This document shows, in pieces, positions 1-10,405 of a stretch of 64,000 nt of DNA. Both the position numbers and the translations under genes were made by a program. The notes under the pieces were generated by a model, which was not told the DNA's origin, searched no databases, and was given only the letters and a program-made list of their open reading frames with translations. This DNA is from Brevinema andersonii. Its GTDB lineage: Bacteria > Spirochaetota > DYKD01. The DNA lies in assembly GCA_020722765.1 (NCBI GenBank), contig DYKD01000008.1, positions 1,304 to 65,303 of the forward strand, read 5' to 3'. The stretch's first letter is position 1. Each line of letters opens with the position of its first letter.

Positions 1-234
1 CTGGGGCTTGTCACTATGCCGAAAAAATTCGAGAATGCGATAGAACGGTTCGAATTCTATCCTCCTCCAAACGACAGGACAAAAATAAATGTTTCCATGA
101 TCAGTTACAAGAAAGAAACATTCATAAGTTTTGGAAGCCTTCTTGCACACCGCAATCTTGAAAGGTATTTCTTTACAACTCTTGTGAAAGCTGGAATCCA
201 TGTGAAGATAGAAACAAACGAAAACGGAGAGTAA
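1..234 (+). CDS. C-terminal part of an alcohol-acetyltransferase-like (condensation fold) protein, truncated by the window edge
   Basis: Frame is open from base 1 (LGLVTMP...IERFEF...ISY...ISFGS...LERYFF..L...GI.V.IETN). This family usually precedes a DUF6320 gene, as here. Confidence 0.5.
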   Translation: MGLVTMPKKFENAIERFEFYPPPNDRTKINVSMISYKKETFISFGSLLAHRNLERYFFTTLVKAGIHVKIETNENGE

Positions 235-238
235 CCCT

Positions 239-958
239 ATGACCTATTGTTCAAAATGCGGAGTTGAGCTTGATTCCTCCTTGTCGCAGTGCCCTCTTTG
301 TTCCCTTCCTGTGCCAAAAAAACTCCGTCAAAAAGGGAAAGCATCCTTCCCTGTTAAGACTACAGAAATCGAATCAAACCATGCACATCACTATTCTCCA
401 AGACGCAAACTTGCAATCTCTGCTGTCTTAGTGACAATCCTGTTCCTTATTCCTACGCTCATCCTGTTAGCGACTGCCAATTATAACCAGAAAAACCTGA
501 ATTGGGCGCTTTACCCATTGCTCATGCTTACAACATCATGGTCATATATTCTCATTATGATCGTTTTTTTTAACAGGAAAATCCTGGCTTTCGCTACCTA
601 TCTCATACTGACACCTTTAGTACTCTTCCTAGTCGACAAGACAGATGCAACAGCGGAATGGTTTTTTACTTATGGAATTCCTATCATCGCATCCTTCTAT
701 TCACTTCTCCTACTGTCAGGCCTGATCATACACAGATTCCTTAAAAGACCTCTTCATATCACAGCAACCATCCTGATAGCCATCTCAATATTCCTAGTCC
801 TGCTTGAGATGATTGTCAACTTCAATGTGTTCAAAATATTTATTTTAAGATGGTCCCTCATCTGTATAGCCGCTCTTGTCCCAGTATCCATCTTTCTCAT
901 CAGCATCTCTTTTCTTTTGAAACGCCCCGCCGACTTGAAGAAAATTTTCAGGTTTTAA
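239..958 (+). CDS. Zinc-ribbon membrane protein, DUF6320-like
   Basis: N-terminal CxxC...CPLC followed by about 6 hydrophobic helices. Confidence 0.6.
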   Translation: MTYCSKCGVELDSSLSQCPLCSLPVPKKLRQKGKASFPVKTTEIESNHAHHYSPRRKLAISAVLVTILFLIPTLILLATANYNQKNLNWALYPLLMLTTSWSYILIMIVFFNRKILAFATYLILTPLVLFLVDKTDATAEWFFTYGIPIIASFYSLLLLSGLIIHRFLKRPLHITATILIAISIFLVLLEMIVNFNVFKIFILRWSLICIAALVPVSIFLISISFLLKRPADLKKIFRF

Positions 959-3539
959 AGACCAGTCCCTTCTGTCCTTTGTCCACAAATACCTTTGAAT
1001 TTTCTTTGACTGTCCCGTTCAATATCTCCACAGATATCCTGTTCAGGACTTCCCTCTCTATTGTCCTCTTCAAAGGACGTGCACCAAACTGCGGATCAAA
1101 GCCTTCCTCCCCTAAAAAATCAAGAGCCTTGTCGGAAATTTCAAAATCGATGTTTTTAGCTTTCAAAAGATTCCGCACATGATGGAGTTGAAGGCTGACG
1201 ATCTTCCTGATCTCTTTCTCTCCAAGCCTATTAAAGACAACAATTTCGTCTACCCTGTTAAGGAATTCAGGTCTGAAATTTTGCTTCAACTCGAGCGAGA
1301 CCTTTTCCTGCAATTCTTCAGGCTTCAAATCCTGCAACATGAGATGGCCACCTATGTTGGATGTCATAATCAGGATAGTATTCTTGAAATTCACAAGTCT
1401 GCCTTTGCTGTCCGTGAGCCTGCCATCATCCATGACTTGAAGGAGTATGTTGAACACATCAGGATGAGCTTTCTCAATCTCATCAAAAAGCACTACTGAA
1501 TATGGTTTTCTTCGCACTAATTCAGTCAGTTTCCCACCCTCGTCATAACCGACATATCCAGGAGGTGCTCCTATCAGTTTTGATACAGAATGCTTTTCCA
1601 TGAACTCGGACATGTCAATACGGACCATCATGTCACGGTCGTCAAAAAGGAATTCCGCCAAAGACTTGGCAAGTTCCGTCTTTCCGACTCCTGTAGGACC
1701 AAGAAATATAAAAGTACCGATAGGCCTGTTCGGATCCTGCAGGCCAGCCTTACTTCTTCGTATCGCATTTCCCACGGCTTCAATGGCGCTATCCTGTCCG
1801 ACAACACTCTCCTTCAACTTTTCTTCCACATGGAGGTATTTCTGTATTTCACTTTCCATCATCTTGGACACAGGGATATTCGTCCAGCGCGAGACGATTT
1901 CAGCTATGGCCTCATCATCAATCTCTTCCTTGATCAGAAGCTGCTGTGATTTCTGTAATTCCTTGAGTGCAGCGCTCAGTTCTTCCATTTTCTTATCAAG
2001 CCTGGGTCTCTTGTCATACCTGATTTCAGCAACTGCAGTCAAGTCACCTTTGCGCTCAAGCTGCTGTTCCTGCACCACAAGGCTGTCAATGTCCTCTTTT
2101 GCCTTCCTCATTCCAAGTATGATTTTCTTCTGGCTCTCAAGCTGTGCACGCATGCGCGTGGAAGTCTCTTTCAGTTCAGCAAGCTCACGTTCAATTTCAG
2201 AAAGCTTCTCTCCACCAAAACCTGCACGCTTCTCCTTCTTCAAAGCTTCACGTTCTATTTCCAGTTGTGTGATTCTTCTGGAAACCTGGTCAAGCTCTTC
2301 AGGCATACTGTCAATCTCAATACGTAATTTTGATGCGGCCTCGTCAAGCAAGTCAATGGCTTTGTCTGGAAGAAACCTGTCTGTTATGTAACGGTGGGAA
2401 AGCGTCGCTGCTGCGATGATCGCAGAATCCAAAATCTTGATGCCATGGAAGACCTCATACTTATCCTTCAACCCGCGTAGGATTGTAATCGTATCTTCAA
2501 CAGAAGGCTCATCAGTGTACACAGGCTGGAATCTTCGCTCCAACGCCTTGTCCTTTTCAATATACTTCTGATACTCATTAAGTGTTGTGGCTCCAATGCA
2601 CCTCAGCTCTCCTCTCGCAAGAGAAGGCTTTAACATGTTGGATGCGTCAACAGCACCTTCTGTGGCGCCAGCTCCTACGATCGTGTGGAGCTCATCAATG
2701 AACAGGATAATCTCTCCCTTTGAATCAGTTACTTCTTTCAGTACGGCTTTCAAACGATCCTCGAATTCACCCCTATATTTTGCACCTGCAATAAGCCTTC
2801 CCATATCAAGTGCGACAATTCTCTTGTTTCGTAACGCATCTGGAACATCATGATTGACAACACGGAGAGCCAGACCTTCAACAATAGCTGTTTTTCCTAC
2901 TCCCGGTTCCCCTATCAGTACAGGATTATTCTTTGTCCTTCTGGAAAGGACCTGAATCACACGCCTAATCTCTTCATCCCGTCCAATGACAGGATCAAGC
3001 TTTCCACGTGACGCACGTTCAGTAAGATCAACTGTATATTTATCCAAGACCTGTGTTTTTGCTTCTGGATCCTGGTCTGTAACCCTCTGGCTCCCCCTTA
3101 TCTTTGCAAGAGCCTGCAAAATCAAATCATGAGTGATGCCGTTTTTCTTGAGCAGGTCTGCAACACCTGTCTTTGATTTCGCAAAAGCGAGAAGAATATG
3201 TTCTACACTGAGGAAGTCATCCTTCAATGCTTCCTGCTCTTTTCCAGCAACTCGCAAGAGCTCAGCCAGGCTATTTGACATGGTTACATTGTTGATTCCT
3301 ACATCCGTATAGGCTTTCGGAAGTTTAGAAATCACAGTTCCAATCTCAGACTGAAGCATTTGGACGCTCACACCGATTTGGTTGAAAAGCGCACCTGCAA
3401 CAGTCTCCTGGTCATCAAGAATCACCTGAAAAAGATGTTCAGGCAACATCTCCTGGTGATTATTCTCAATAGCCAGTTGGGAAGCGTTCTGCAAAGCTTC
3501 CTGGACTTTTATTGTTAACTTATTCGGGTTCATAGACAT
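948..3539 (-). CDS. clpB: ATP-dependent chaperone ClpB
   Basis: Clp N-domain, two AAA+ modules ([16 protein letters not shown]), coiled-coil middle domain, GAPPGYVGY, 863 aa. Confidence 0.97.
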   Translation of the reverse strand: MSMNPNKLTIKVQEALQNASQLAIENNHQEMLPEHLFQVILDDQETVAGALFNQIGVSVQMLQSEIGTVISKLPKAYTDVGINNVTMSNSLAELLRVAGKEQEALKDDFLSVEHILLAFAKSKTGVADLLKKNGITHDLILQALAKIRGSQRVTDQDPEAKTQVLDKYTVDLTERASRGKLDPVIGRDEEIRRVIQVLSRRTKNNPVLIGEPGVGKTAIVEGLALRVVNHDVPDALRNKRIVALDMGRLIAGAKYRGEFEDRLKAVLKEVTDSKGEIILFIDELHTIVGAGATEGAVDASNMLKPSLARGELRCIGATTLNEYQKYIEKDKALERRFQPVYTDEPSVEDTITILRGLKDKYEVFHGIKILDSAIIAAATLSHRYITDRFLPDKAIDLLDEAASKLRIEIDSMPEELDQVSRRITQLEIEREALKKEKRAGFGGEKLSEIERELAELKETSTRMRAQLESQKKIILGMRKAKEDIDSLVVQEQQLERKGDLTAVAEIRYDKRPRLDKKMEELSAALKELQKSQQLLIKEEIDDEAIAEIVSRWTNIPVSKMMESEIQKYLHVEEKLKESVVGQDSAIEAVGNAIRRSKAGLQDPNRPIGTFIFLGPTGVGKTELAKSLAEFLFDDRDMMVRIDMSEFMEKHSVSKLIGAPPGYVGYDEGGKLTELVRRKPYSVVLFDEIEKAHPDVFNILLQVMDDGRLTDSKGRLVNFKNTILIMTSNIGGHLMLQDLKPEELQEKVSLELKQNFRPEFLNRVDEIVVFNRLGEKEIRKIVSLQLHHVRNLLKAKNIDFEISDKALDFLGEEGFDPQFGARPLKRTIEREVLNRISVEILNGTVKENSKVFVDKGQKGLVFKT

Positions 3540-3592
3540 CTCCTTATTTCACAAGACATGTCATTAAAGACATTTCTCATTCAACGGATATT

Positions 3593-3621
3593 AATGTAAT
3601 TCCTCGAAACCTTATTGTCAA
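3593..3621 (-). promoter_or_regulatory. Sigma70-type promoter for clpB
   Basis: Minus strand TTGACA-N17-TACATT. Confidence 0.55.
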
Positions 3622-3825
3622 TGACCTGTATTACATAGACCATTTTTCTATATTCCAGTCAGCATGGAAAGCATTCCTTCATTTCATTCCGGTTGTTGAG
3701 CGAAGTAGTCCCATTTCTCCAAACTTGCCAAAACCTGTTTTCCTCATTATTCTTGAATTTCCAGATAACATTGAAATCGACCAAATATGTCTGATCCATC
3801 ATCCTTAAAAGGAGCCAGCCTTTTT

Positions 3826-4755
3826 ATGAAAAAAACAACCCTGCTTTTACTAGTCCTTCTTCCTGTTCTCATCCATGCATCCAAAGAAATCAGGTTTCCT
3901 GAACCATTCCCACTCACAGATACAGGATGGAAAAACCCGTGGTCTGCGACACAAGATGTAAACAGCATCACATTGAAACTGACGCATAAAAACAATGTCT
4001 CCTACAAATATTCCACACTCTCCTACACAATAAAAAACATTTCAACTCCGCTGACAGCAGAGAAAGAGTTTTCCAGCGATGGCATTGTGAAAGTAAGAAT
4101 CACTGGCAAAACCAACGGTCTCCCTCTTTTTCTTGTTGAAGGGAAAATCAAGACTGTCGTTCCGGAATTCATGCAGCAAGAGACTTATGCACTCACACCT
4201 CAGAATAAAATCAGACATTTCAGGTCCGGACGTCTTACTGTCAAGGTAGGTCCTCTCAAATTCGATTTCATCTTCAAAAACAGAGAACGTTCAGATGAAT
4301 ATCCAGCAGCACCTATACGTCTGGGACATACCTGGCGTAATTATGAAAAAACAGGATATACGGACAGCAAAGGGAAGGGAATCTCCCTCACAGTCATAAG
4401 CAATTACAGGACTCTTGTCTCTGTTTCCACAGAAGGGAAAAAACGGACAGCCTTCATTCTCATCCAATCGAAAACACATGACTATTCCACTATTGCAGGG
4501 GGACCGCCCAGAAAAAACAAGGATCCAAACAGATATTCGATCTCATTAGGTTGGACGCTTTTTGACATTGACGATGGCGCTATCATAAAAACAGTCATCA
4601 ACAAGATCCCTGTTGAGAAAACTGATTATGACTCGTTCAAACCATCAACACCGGACAACATAAGATTGTTTGATGGACTTCTAAAAAAAGCGACTGCAGG
4701 AGAAGACCCGATTTTCATTTCACAGGACATCGTAACCCAAACATACATCCAATAG
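3826..4755 (+). CDS. Secreted hypothetical protein
   Basis: Signal peptide MKKTTLLLLVLLPVLIHA after AAGGAG; beta-rich; YPAAPIRLGHTW motif reminiscent of DUF6263-like proteins. Confidence 0.6.
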   Translation: MKKTTLLLLVLLPVLIHASKEIRFPEPFPLTDTGWKNPWSATQDVNSITLKLTHKNNVSYKYSTLSYTIKNISTPLTAEKEFSSDGIVKVRITGKTNGLPLFLVEGKIKTVVPEFMQQETYALTPQNKIRHFRSGRLTVKVGPLKFDFIFKNRERSDEYPAAPIRLGHTWRNYEKTGYTDSKGKGISLTVISNYRTLVSVSTEGKKRTAFILIQSKTHDYSTIAGGPPRKNKDPNRYSISLGWTLFDIDDGAIIKTVINKIPVEKTDYDSFKPSTPDNIRLFDGLLKKATAGEDPIFISQDIVTQTYIQ

Positions 4756-4800
4756 CTTAATTCAAAAATTCATCTCCTTGTTCTAATCCTTCACGCCCCC

Positions 4801-4829
4801 TTGACAAAAAAATCAAGTGACATTAAATT
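4801..4829 (+). promoter_or_regulatory. Sigma70-type promoter for hsp20
   Basis: TTGACA-N17-TAAATT; strong SD AAGGAGGT downstream. Confidence 0.55.
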
Positions 4830-4865
4830 CTGATCATAAAATAAAACATCAAGGAGGTACATGAT

Positions 4866-5303
4866 ATGAATATCGTAAGGTTCGACCCGTTCCAGGAAAT
4901 CGAGGCTCTTCAGAATGATCTTGGAAGGCTTTTTAACGTGATGTCCGCTGCAAGAGGGACTAGGAAACAGGAGGCCACTCTTTGGAACCCGTATGTGGAC
5001 ATTTCCGAAACAAAAGACGCCTACAAGATCAAAGTTGACATGCCAGGGATTCCAAAGGATCAGATTGAGGTACAGGTAACAGGAAACGTACTCACATTAA
5101 AAGGCGAGAAAAAACCGGAGATGGAACAGAAAGACGAAACTTTTTTCAGAAGAGAAAGAGTCTTTGGATCTTTCTTAAGGGAGATTGCCCTGCCGCAAAA
5201 TGTCGATGCTGAAAAGATCAAGGCCACAAGCATAAATGGAGTACTCACTGTTGAACTGCCTAAATCTGAGAAATCAAAACAGAAACTGATCAAAGTTGAA
5301 TAA
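4866..5303 (+). CDS. Hsp20/alpha-crystallin small heat-shock protein
   Basis: W-x-P-x-VDI-x-ET, RRER-x-FGSF-x-R, NGVLTVELPK, C-terminal IKVE. Confidence 0.95.
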   Translation: MNIVRFDPFQEIEALQNDLGRLFNVMSAARGTRKQEATLWNPYVDISETKDAYKIKVDMPGIPKDQIEVQVTGNVLTLKGEKKPEMEQKDETFFRRERVFGSFLREIALPQNVDAEKIKATSINGVLTVELPKSEKSKQKLIKVE

Positions 5304-5311
5304 CCTGCACT

Positions 5312-5370
5312 TCTCCTGTCCCCTTTCCCAAACAGTAAAATACTCACTTTTTAGGTAAGGGGACAGGAGA
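5312..5370 (+). terminator. 14-bp inverted repeat after hsp20 (terminator or REP-like)
   Basis: TCTCCTGTCCCCTT / AAGGGGACAGGAGA with a 31-nt loop, followed by TTTT. Confidence 0.5.
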
Positions 5371-5531
5371 TTTTCCACTTCCAAATCCAAAACACTTCTT
5401 CTATCCTTCTATCGTAAAATCTCTTTTCCTTCAAAATATATAACCATTCTTCAACACTAATATTTTGACGAAGCAGCTGAAAACCGTTATCTTAAATTTC
5501 GATTTAAAAAAATTCTTGTAGGAGACTCTCC

Positions 5532-6872
5532 ATGTTCATGACCATACTCGGCGTCATTTATAGTATCATAGGACTAGGCATCCTCATATTCATCCATGAA
5601 CTTGGACATTTCCTTGCTGCCAAGGCAAACGGAATACGTGTGGATACCTTTTCTCTTGGTTTTGGAAAACCGCTATTCAGCTTCAAACGTGGAGATACAA
5701 GCTACCAAATCGCAGCATTCCCTCTTGGCGGATTCTGCAAAATGGCAGGCGAAGAGCTCAAAGACGGCACCACAGGAGCTCCGTATGAATTCTATTCCAA
5801 ACCACCTCAGGCTAGACTTACTGTTGTCTTAGCTGGCCCTTTCTTTAACTATCTCTTCGGCATCCTACTCTTTGCAGTTCTTTTCCTTTTTCCTCAACAG
5901 AACGAAACATTCACAAACAAGATCGATGTGATGAAAACATTGGAGATCAACAACCAAACAAACCTAAGCCCTGCCTTTGTTGCTGGTCTCAAACCGGGTG
6001 ACATCATCACAGAAGTCAACGGGAAAAAAATAAGCAACTGGAACGACATCCGGACTTATATCATGAAAAATTTCGATGAGGACAAGAAAATCGTCGTACA
6101 ACGTGGTGCTAACAATCTTGAAATCATGATTAAACCCGTACTGGAACGGAATACCGGGTTGGCCATGATCGGCATAAATCCTTATACTGAACCACGTATC
6201 AGCGAAGTCAAAGCAGACTCCCCTGCGGACAAAGCTGGTCTCATCAAAAACGACCTGATTGTACAAGTGGATGGAATCCGCGTCAATTCGGCCAATGCCG
6301 TTTCAGACGCCATAAAACAGAGCAAGAACAGGAGATTCAACATCCATGTAAAACGCGGCCAGATCGAACTAAAAAAACAGATTGTCTTTGGTGCAAATGA
6401 GGAAAAAATGTTGGGAGTCCAATTCAAACCTGAAACAATCATCGTAAAAGAACCTGCCAACAATCCATTCAAAGCTGTAGCGCTTGGTTTCAACAAAGCC
6501 AATACTGTCATAGGTCAGACAATCATGGGTTTGAAAGTCCTGATACAGGGAAAATTGAATGCAAAAGAAAGCGTAGGTGGACCCGTAAAAATCCTGTATT
6601 TTTCCACTCTGATAGCAAAACATGGCGGAGTGATTGCTTTCCTCTCATTCATTGCCATGCTCAGTGTCCTTCTCGGTTTTTTCAACCTTCTTCCCATTCC
6701 ACCAATTGATGGAAGTTTCGCACTTGTTTTCATATATGAATGGATTTCCGGGAAAAAGCTGAACATGAAAGCGATCGAAGTCGTTCAAACCATAGGATTT
6801 TTCATACTCATAGCACTGATGGTTATCATCGTTTTCAACGACATCCTGTTCATTGGCAAAAACGCATTCTAA
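5532..6872 (+). CDS. rseP: RIP metalloprotease RseP
   Basis: HELGH, two PDZ domains, NLLPIPPIDG. Confidence 0.93.
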   Translation: MFMTILGVIYSIIGLGILIFIHELGHFLAAKANGIRVDTFSLGFGKPLFSFKRGDTSYQIAAFPLGGFCKMAGEELKDGTTGAPYEFYSKPPQARLTVVLAGPFFNYLFGILLFAVLFLFPQQNETFTNKIDVMKTLEINNQTNLSPAFVAGLKPGDIITEVNGKKISNWNDIRTYIMKNFDEDKKIVVQRGANNLEIMIKPVLERNTGLAMIGINPYTEPRISEVKADSPADKAGLIKNDLIVQVDGIRVNSANAVSDAIKQSKNRRFNIHVKRGQIELKKQIVFGANEEKMLGVQFKPETIIVKEPANNPFKAVALGFNKANTVIGQTIMGLKVLIQGKLNAKESVGGPVKILYFSTLIAKHGGVIAFLSFIAMLSVLLGFFNLLPIPPIDGSFALVFIYEWISGKKLNMKAIEVVQTIGFFILIALMVIIVFNDILFIGKNAF

Positions 6873-6955
6873 AGGAAATCTGATTCGCTTCCAGAACAAG
6901 TTGAACGAATCAGCCGGTCGAAACATGAAAATCATAGAAAAAAGGGAATGAAAAG

Positions 6956-8794
6956 ATGCTCTCTTATCCAAGAAACGACATCATCAAGTCCCTCAGCACA
7001 CAGGAAATACCATTCCCTTTCGAAATCTTTCCAACAAAAGAAAATGTCCCTACCATACGTGTTGAATTTGAAGGACGTAAGGTTTTTCTTCATAGCAGGT
7101 TCAAACCGCTGGAAGAAACTGAAAAACTGACATCACAGTGCGATCCCAACAGTTCTGTCATCATCTGTGGCGGGTTCGGATTAGGGTATCTCCCTGCATC
7201 GCTCCTTGCCCGATCTCCCAAAGCAGTTGTCATTGTCCTTGAAAAAGAACCAGGCATTATCCGTTGCGCCTTGGAAAACAATCCTGAAGCAGAAACGATT
7301 CTTAGAAACGAGAGATTCTTTCTCTTGACAGAACCGCAGGATGTCATCACCCTTCTCCAATCCGGTATTTCAACAAAATCAGCATCCTATTATTTCCACA
7401 GACCATCAGTGGAACTCTTCCCCAGTTTCTATTCTGATTTCCGGACCCTGCTCCTCACATTCCTTCAGAAAAAAAATATCAACATAGCCACACTGTCCCG
7501 CTTTGAAAAGATTTGGGCACGCAACATCACCAAAAACATCAACTGCATACTCAACGATGGTGGCGTTTCCGAATTCGCAGGTATCCTGAAAGGCGCTCCT
7601 GCTGTGCTTGTTTGCGCAGGACCTTCCCTGGATAAACATATCGAAACTCTCAGGAAACTGAAGGAAACATGCCTCATCTGTGCTGTTGATTCAGCAGTCT
7701 ACAGGATCTTACGTTCAGACATCATGCCTGACATCATCTTTACTGTCGATCCCCAGCTCCTCAATTTCTATTTTTTTTTCCTGACAAGAAAATTCAAAGT
7801 CACGTCACGGCTTGTCTATGAACCGTCCACATATTTCAGGATACCCAACGGGTTTTCTGGAAAACGGCATTCCTTCGATTCCATCTTCCCCCTGATACAA
7901 TGGGTTGCCAGCACCACTTCTCCAAAAGGAGAACTTGACATGGGTGGATCAGTTTCCACGTCTGCTTTTGACCTCCTTTACAGGATGGGAGCTGGAACCA
8001 TTACCCTCATCGGTCAGGACATGGCTTTTTCATACAACAAGACTCACGCTTCAGGCTCCCTCGTCGAATACGTACTTCTCAAACGGAATACACGAACAAA
8101 AAACCTTGAATCTCTATCCAACAGGTTAACTGGTTCCAATGTCATAGTAAAAATCAAAAGCAACTCAGGAAAAATGGTGAATTCAGACAGAAGACTTCTG
8201 CTCTTTTACTGGTGGTTTGAGAACAAAGTGAAAAAATTATCTGCCTGCAAAGTCTTCACCATTTCCGAAGAAGCATCAGCAATCAAAGGAATCGACTATC
8301 TCCAGGCTGATGAGCTTGAACGCATGATTGATTCCTCTCCCATTAAATTCGACAGGAAAACCCTGAACCTTCCGGATCCCGCAACCCCTGATCTTGGAAA
8401 ATTCCGAAATGAAACTGAAAAAACAGCCCAATCATTAAGAGACCTCATCCACAAGATGAATGAAGCCGTGGATCTGGCAGAAAAAGCATACAGAGCCATA
8501 AAGACAGCAAACCTCTCTGTACTACCAAAATATGTCAGAGGGATGGATGCGATTGACAAGTATATACGCGAACGCCAGCAGGAAAACCGGCTGATCGGCA
8601 TTACCATGCAACGTGTGATACATTCCATCATAGAAGATTATGAGGATTACCTTTCTGCAGAGGAAAAGCAGAACAAGGATCTTGCTGCCATCAGAAAATC
8701 ACTTCTCATGTATACGGAAATGAAAAAAAGTGCTGAATATAACCTGGGCTTGTTTGAAGGACTGAAAAAAAGCATAACAGTACAAAACCAGTGA
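6956..8794 (+). CDS. Motility-associated factor (Maf/DUF115) glycosyltransferase family
   Basis: LHSRFKP, GFGLGY, VLVCAGPSLDK, FTVDPQ, GGSVST, LIGQDMAF...THA. Confidence 0.8.
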   Translation: MLSYPRNDIIKSLSTQEIPFPFEIFPTKENVPTIRVEFEGRKVFLHSRFKPLEETEKLTSQCDPNSSVIICGGFGLGYLPASLLARSPKAVVIVLEKEPGIIRCALENNPEAETILRNERFFLLTEPQDVITLLQSGISTKSASYYFHRPSVELFPSFYSDFRTLLLTFLQKKNINIATLSRFEKIWARNITKNINCILNDGGVSEFAGILKGAPAVLVCAGPSLDKHIETLRKLKETCLICAVDSAVYRILRSDIMPDIIFTVDPQLLNFYFFFLTRKFKVTSRLVYEPSTYFRIPNGFSGKRHSFDSIFPLIQWVASTTSPKGELDMGGSVSTSAFDLLYRMGAGTITLIGQDMAFSYNKTHASGSLVEYVLLKRNTRTKNLESLSNRLTGSNVIVKIKSNSGKMVNSDRRLLLFYWWFENKVKKLSACKVFTISEEASAIKGIDYLQADELERMIDSSPIKFDRKTLNLPDPATPDLGKFRNETEKTAQSLRDLIHKMNEAVDLAEKAYRAIKTANLSVLPKYVRGMDAIDKYIRERQQENRLIGITMQRVIHSIIEDYEDYLSAEEKQNKDLAAIRKSLLMYTEMKKSAEYNLGLFEGLKKSITVQNQ

Positions 8795-8860
8795 TCCCAC
8801 AGACAGAAATATCCACTTTCTGAACTTTTCTGTAGAAAGAAAAAAGAAGGAGCATCCATA

Positions 8861-9595
8861 ATGAAACAGAATAAGAATGAACTTAAAAAACTGATCTGTG
8901 AAATTGGCCGTAGATGCTGGACACGCGGTTATGTAGCTGCCAATGATGGCAATATTTCCATCCGGATGGATGATGAAACTATCCTTGCCACTCCTACTGG
9001 TGTCAGCAAAGGGTTCATGACACCTGACATGATTGTGACATTGGACAAAGAGCATAATCAGCGTTCCCCTGTAAAAAACTGGAAAGTCTCAAGTGAAATA
9101 GCAATGCACTATGAAGCGTACAGGCAAAGGCCGGACATAAAAGCAGTCGTTCATATGCACCCGCCTTACGCTACAAGCTTTGCTGTTACAGGGATTGAAC
9201 TGGATCATTATATCATGACAGAGGCTGTTGTCACATTAGGACCAGTAGGTATTGCACCTTTTGCCACTCCCTCAACACAGGAAGTTCCTGACTCCATCAA
9301 GGAATTAATAAAAAGATCCGATGCGCTCCTTTTGGCTAACCATGGAGCACTTACCGTGGGGGCAGACCTCCTTTCAGCTTATGAACGAATGGAAACACTG
9401 GAACATTATGCCCATATCTTGTCACTATCCTTTCATTTAGGAACACCTGTCCATTTTTCAGATGAACAAATATCAAAACTACTTGAAATGAAACAAAAAA
9501 TGCATGTTCCAGGTAAAATTGACATGGATAGGAAGCCCAAAGGATCCCAAAATAATCCTTTCCTGGAAAACATCCTAAAACACCAGGATAAATAA
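8861..9595 (+). CDS. Class II aldolase/adducin family (fuculose-phosphate aldolase-like)
   Basis: DGNIS, TPTGVSKG, SSEIAMH, VVHMHPPYAT, LLANHGA. Confidence 0.88.
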   Translation: MKQNKNELKKLICEIGRRCWTRGYVAANDGNISIRMDDETILATPTGVSKGFMTPDMIVTLDKEHNQRSPVKNWKVSSEIAMHYEAYRQRPDIKAVVHMHPPYATSFAVTGIELDHYIMTEAVVTLGPVGIAPFATPSTQEVPDSIKELIKRSDALLLANHGALTVGADLLSAYERMETLEHYAHILSLSFHLGTPVHFSDEQISKLLEMKQKMHVPGKIDMDRKPKGSQNNPFLENILKHQDK

Positions 9596-9736
9596 TCAGG
9601 ATAATAATACAGAAAAAATTGTTTTTTTTCATATTCAAATATATTTTATAAATAGATGCCGAAAATGGGCAGGTTTATTTGGACAACAAATAGGTATGGG
9701 GTATTGTGGAGATCTTACAAGACAGGAGACTCCTCA

Positions 9737-10405
9737 ATGCCAGGATTGGAAGAAGAGCTTTCGCAAAATAGTATTGTTATCCCGTTGCTTCTTGAAATAA
9801 TGGAAAAAAAAGACATTGACACTCTCAACCATTCTTCACGCGTTCAAGGAATCATAAACCAATTTATTCCTATCCTTATTGAAAAAAACATAATCACTGA
9901 AGCCGAAACTCCGGACTTATGGACTGCCTCCATACTTCATGACATTGGAAAATTATTTGTCCAAAATGAAATTCTCTGTAGCGCCAACAGGTTGAGCGAC
10001 AAGGAATATGACCATATCAAAAACCATCCTGTCCGTGGATACAATCTTTTAAAAGCCCTTGATATTCCAGACCAGATCAAGCTGGCGGTGAAACATCATC
10101 ATGAAAGATGGGATGGGAATAAAGACGCCCTTTTCCCTGCATATCCTGACGGTCTGAAAGGGGAGAAAATTCCTCTCTATGCAAGGATTATCAGTCTTGC
10201 AGACACCTATGACGCCCTCATATCTGCACGCCCTTATAAAACACCCATGACAGCTTCTAGAGCCATCGAAATCATTGAAAAAAATTCAGGAACACAGTTT
10301 GATCCCGTCTTGGACATGCTCTTTGTAGAAACAATGTACGCATTAGAAAAAAAACAAAAAAATACCGTTACTTCTTCTTCTCCATCTTTCCCCATGTATC
10401 TTTGA
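9737..10405 (+). CDS. Stand-alone HD-GYP domain protein (variant loop)
   Basis: HSSRV, LHDIGK, HHERWDG...[25 protein letters not shown]; AGGAG precedes the ATG at 9737. Confidence 0.85.
   Translation: MPGLEEELSQNSIVIPLLLEIMEKKDIDTLNHSSRVQGIINQFIPILIEKNIITEAETPDLWTASILHDIGKLFVQNEILCSANRLSDKEYDHIKNHPVRGYNLLKALDIPDQIKLAVKHHHERWDGNKDALFPAYPDGLKGEKIPLYARIISLADTYDALISARPYKTPMTASRAIEIIEKNSGTQFDPVLDMLFVETMYALEKKQKNTVTSSSPSFPMYL

Noticed and set aside
1600-2391. 263-aa antisense ORF inside clpB, and similar shadow ORFs in glnS, thrS, the activase, fliD and the helicase
   Set aside because: They are Ser-rich codon mirror images of strong genes, with no RBS or recognisable motifs.
3540-4865. CIRCE, CtsR or HAIR heat-shock operators at clpB and hsp20
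   Set aside because: No match found; only a weak ATGTC-N6-GACAT palindrome in the clpB leader that is not clearly shared with hsp20.
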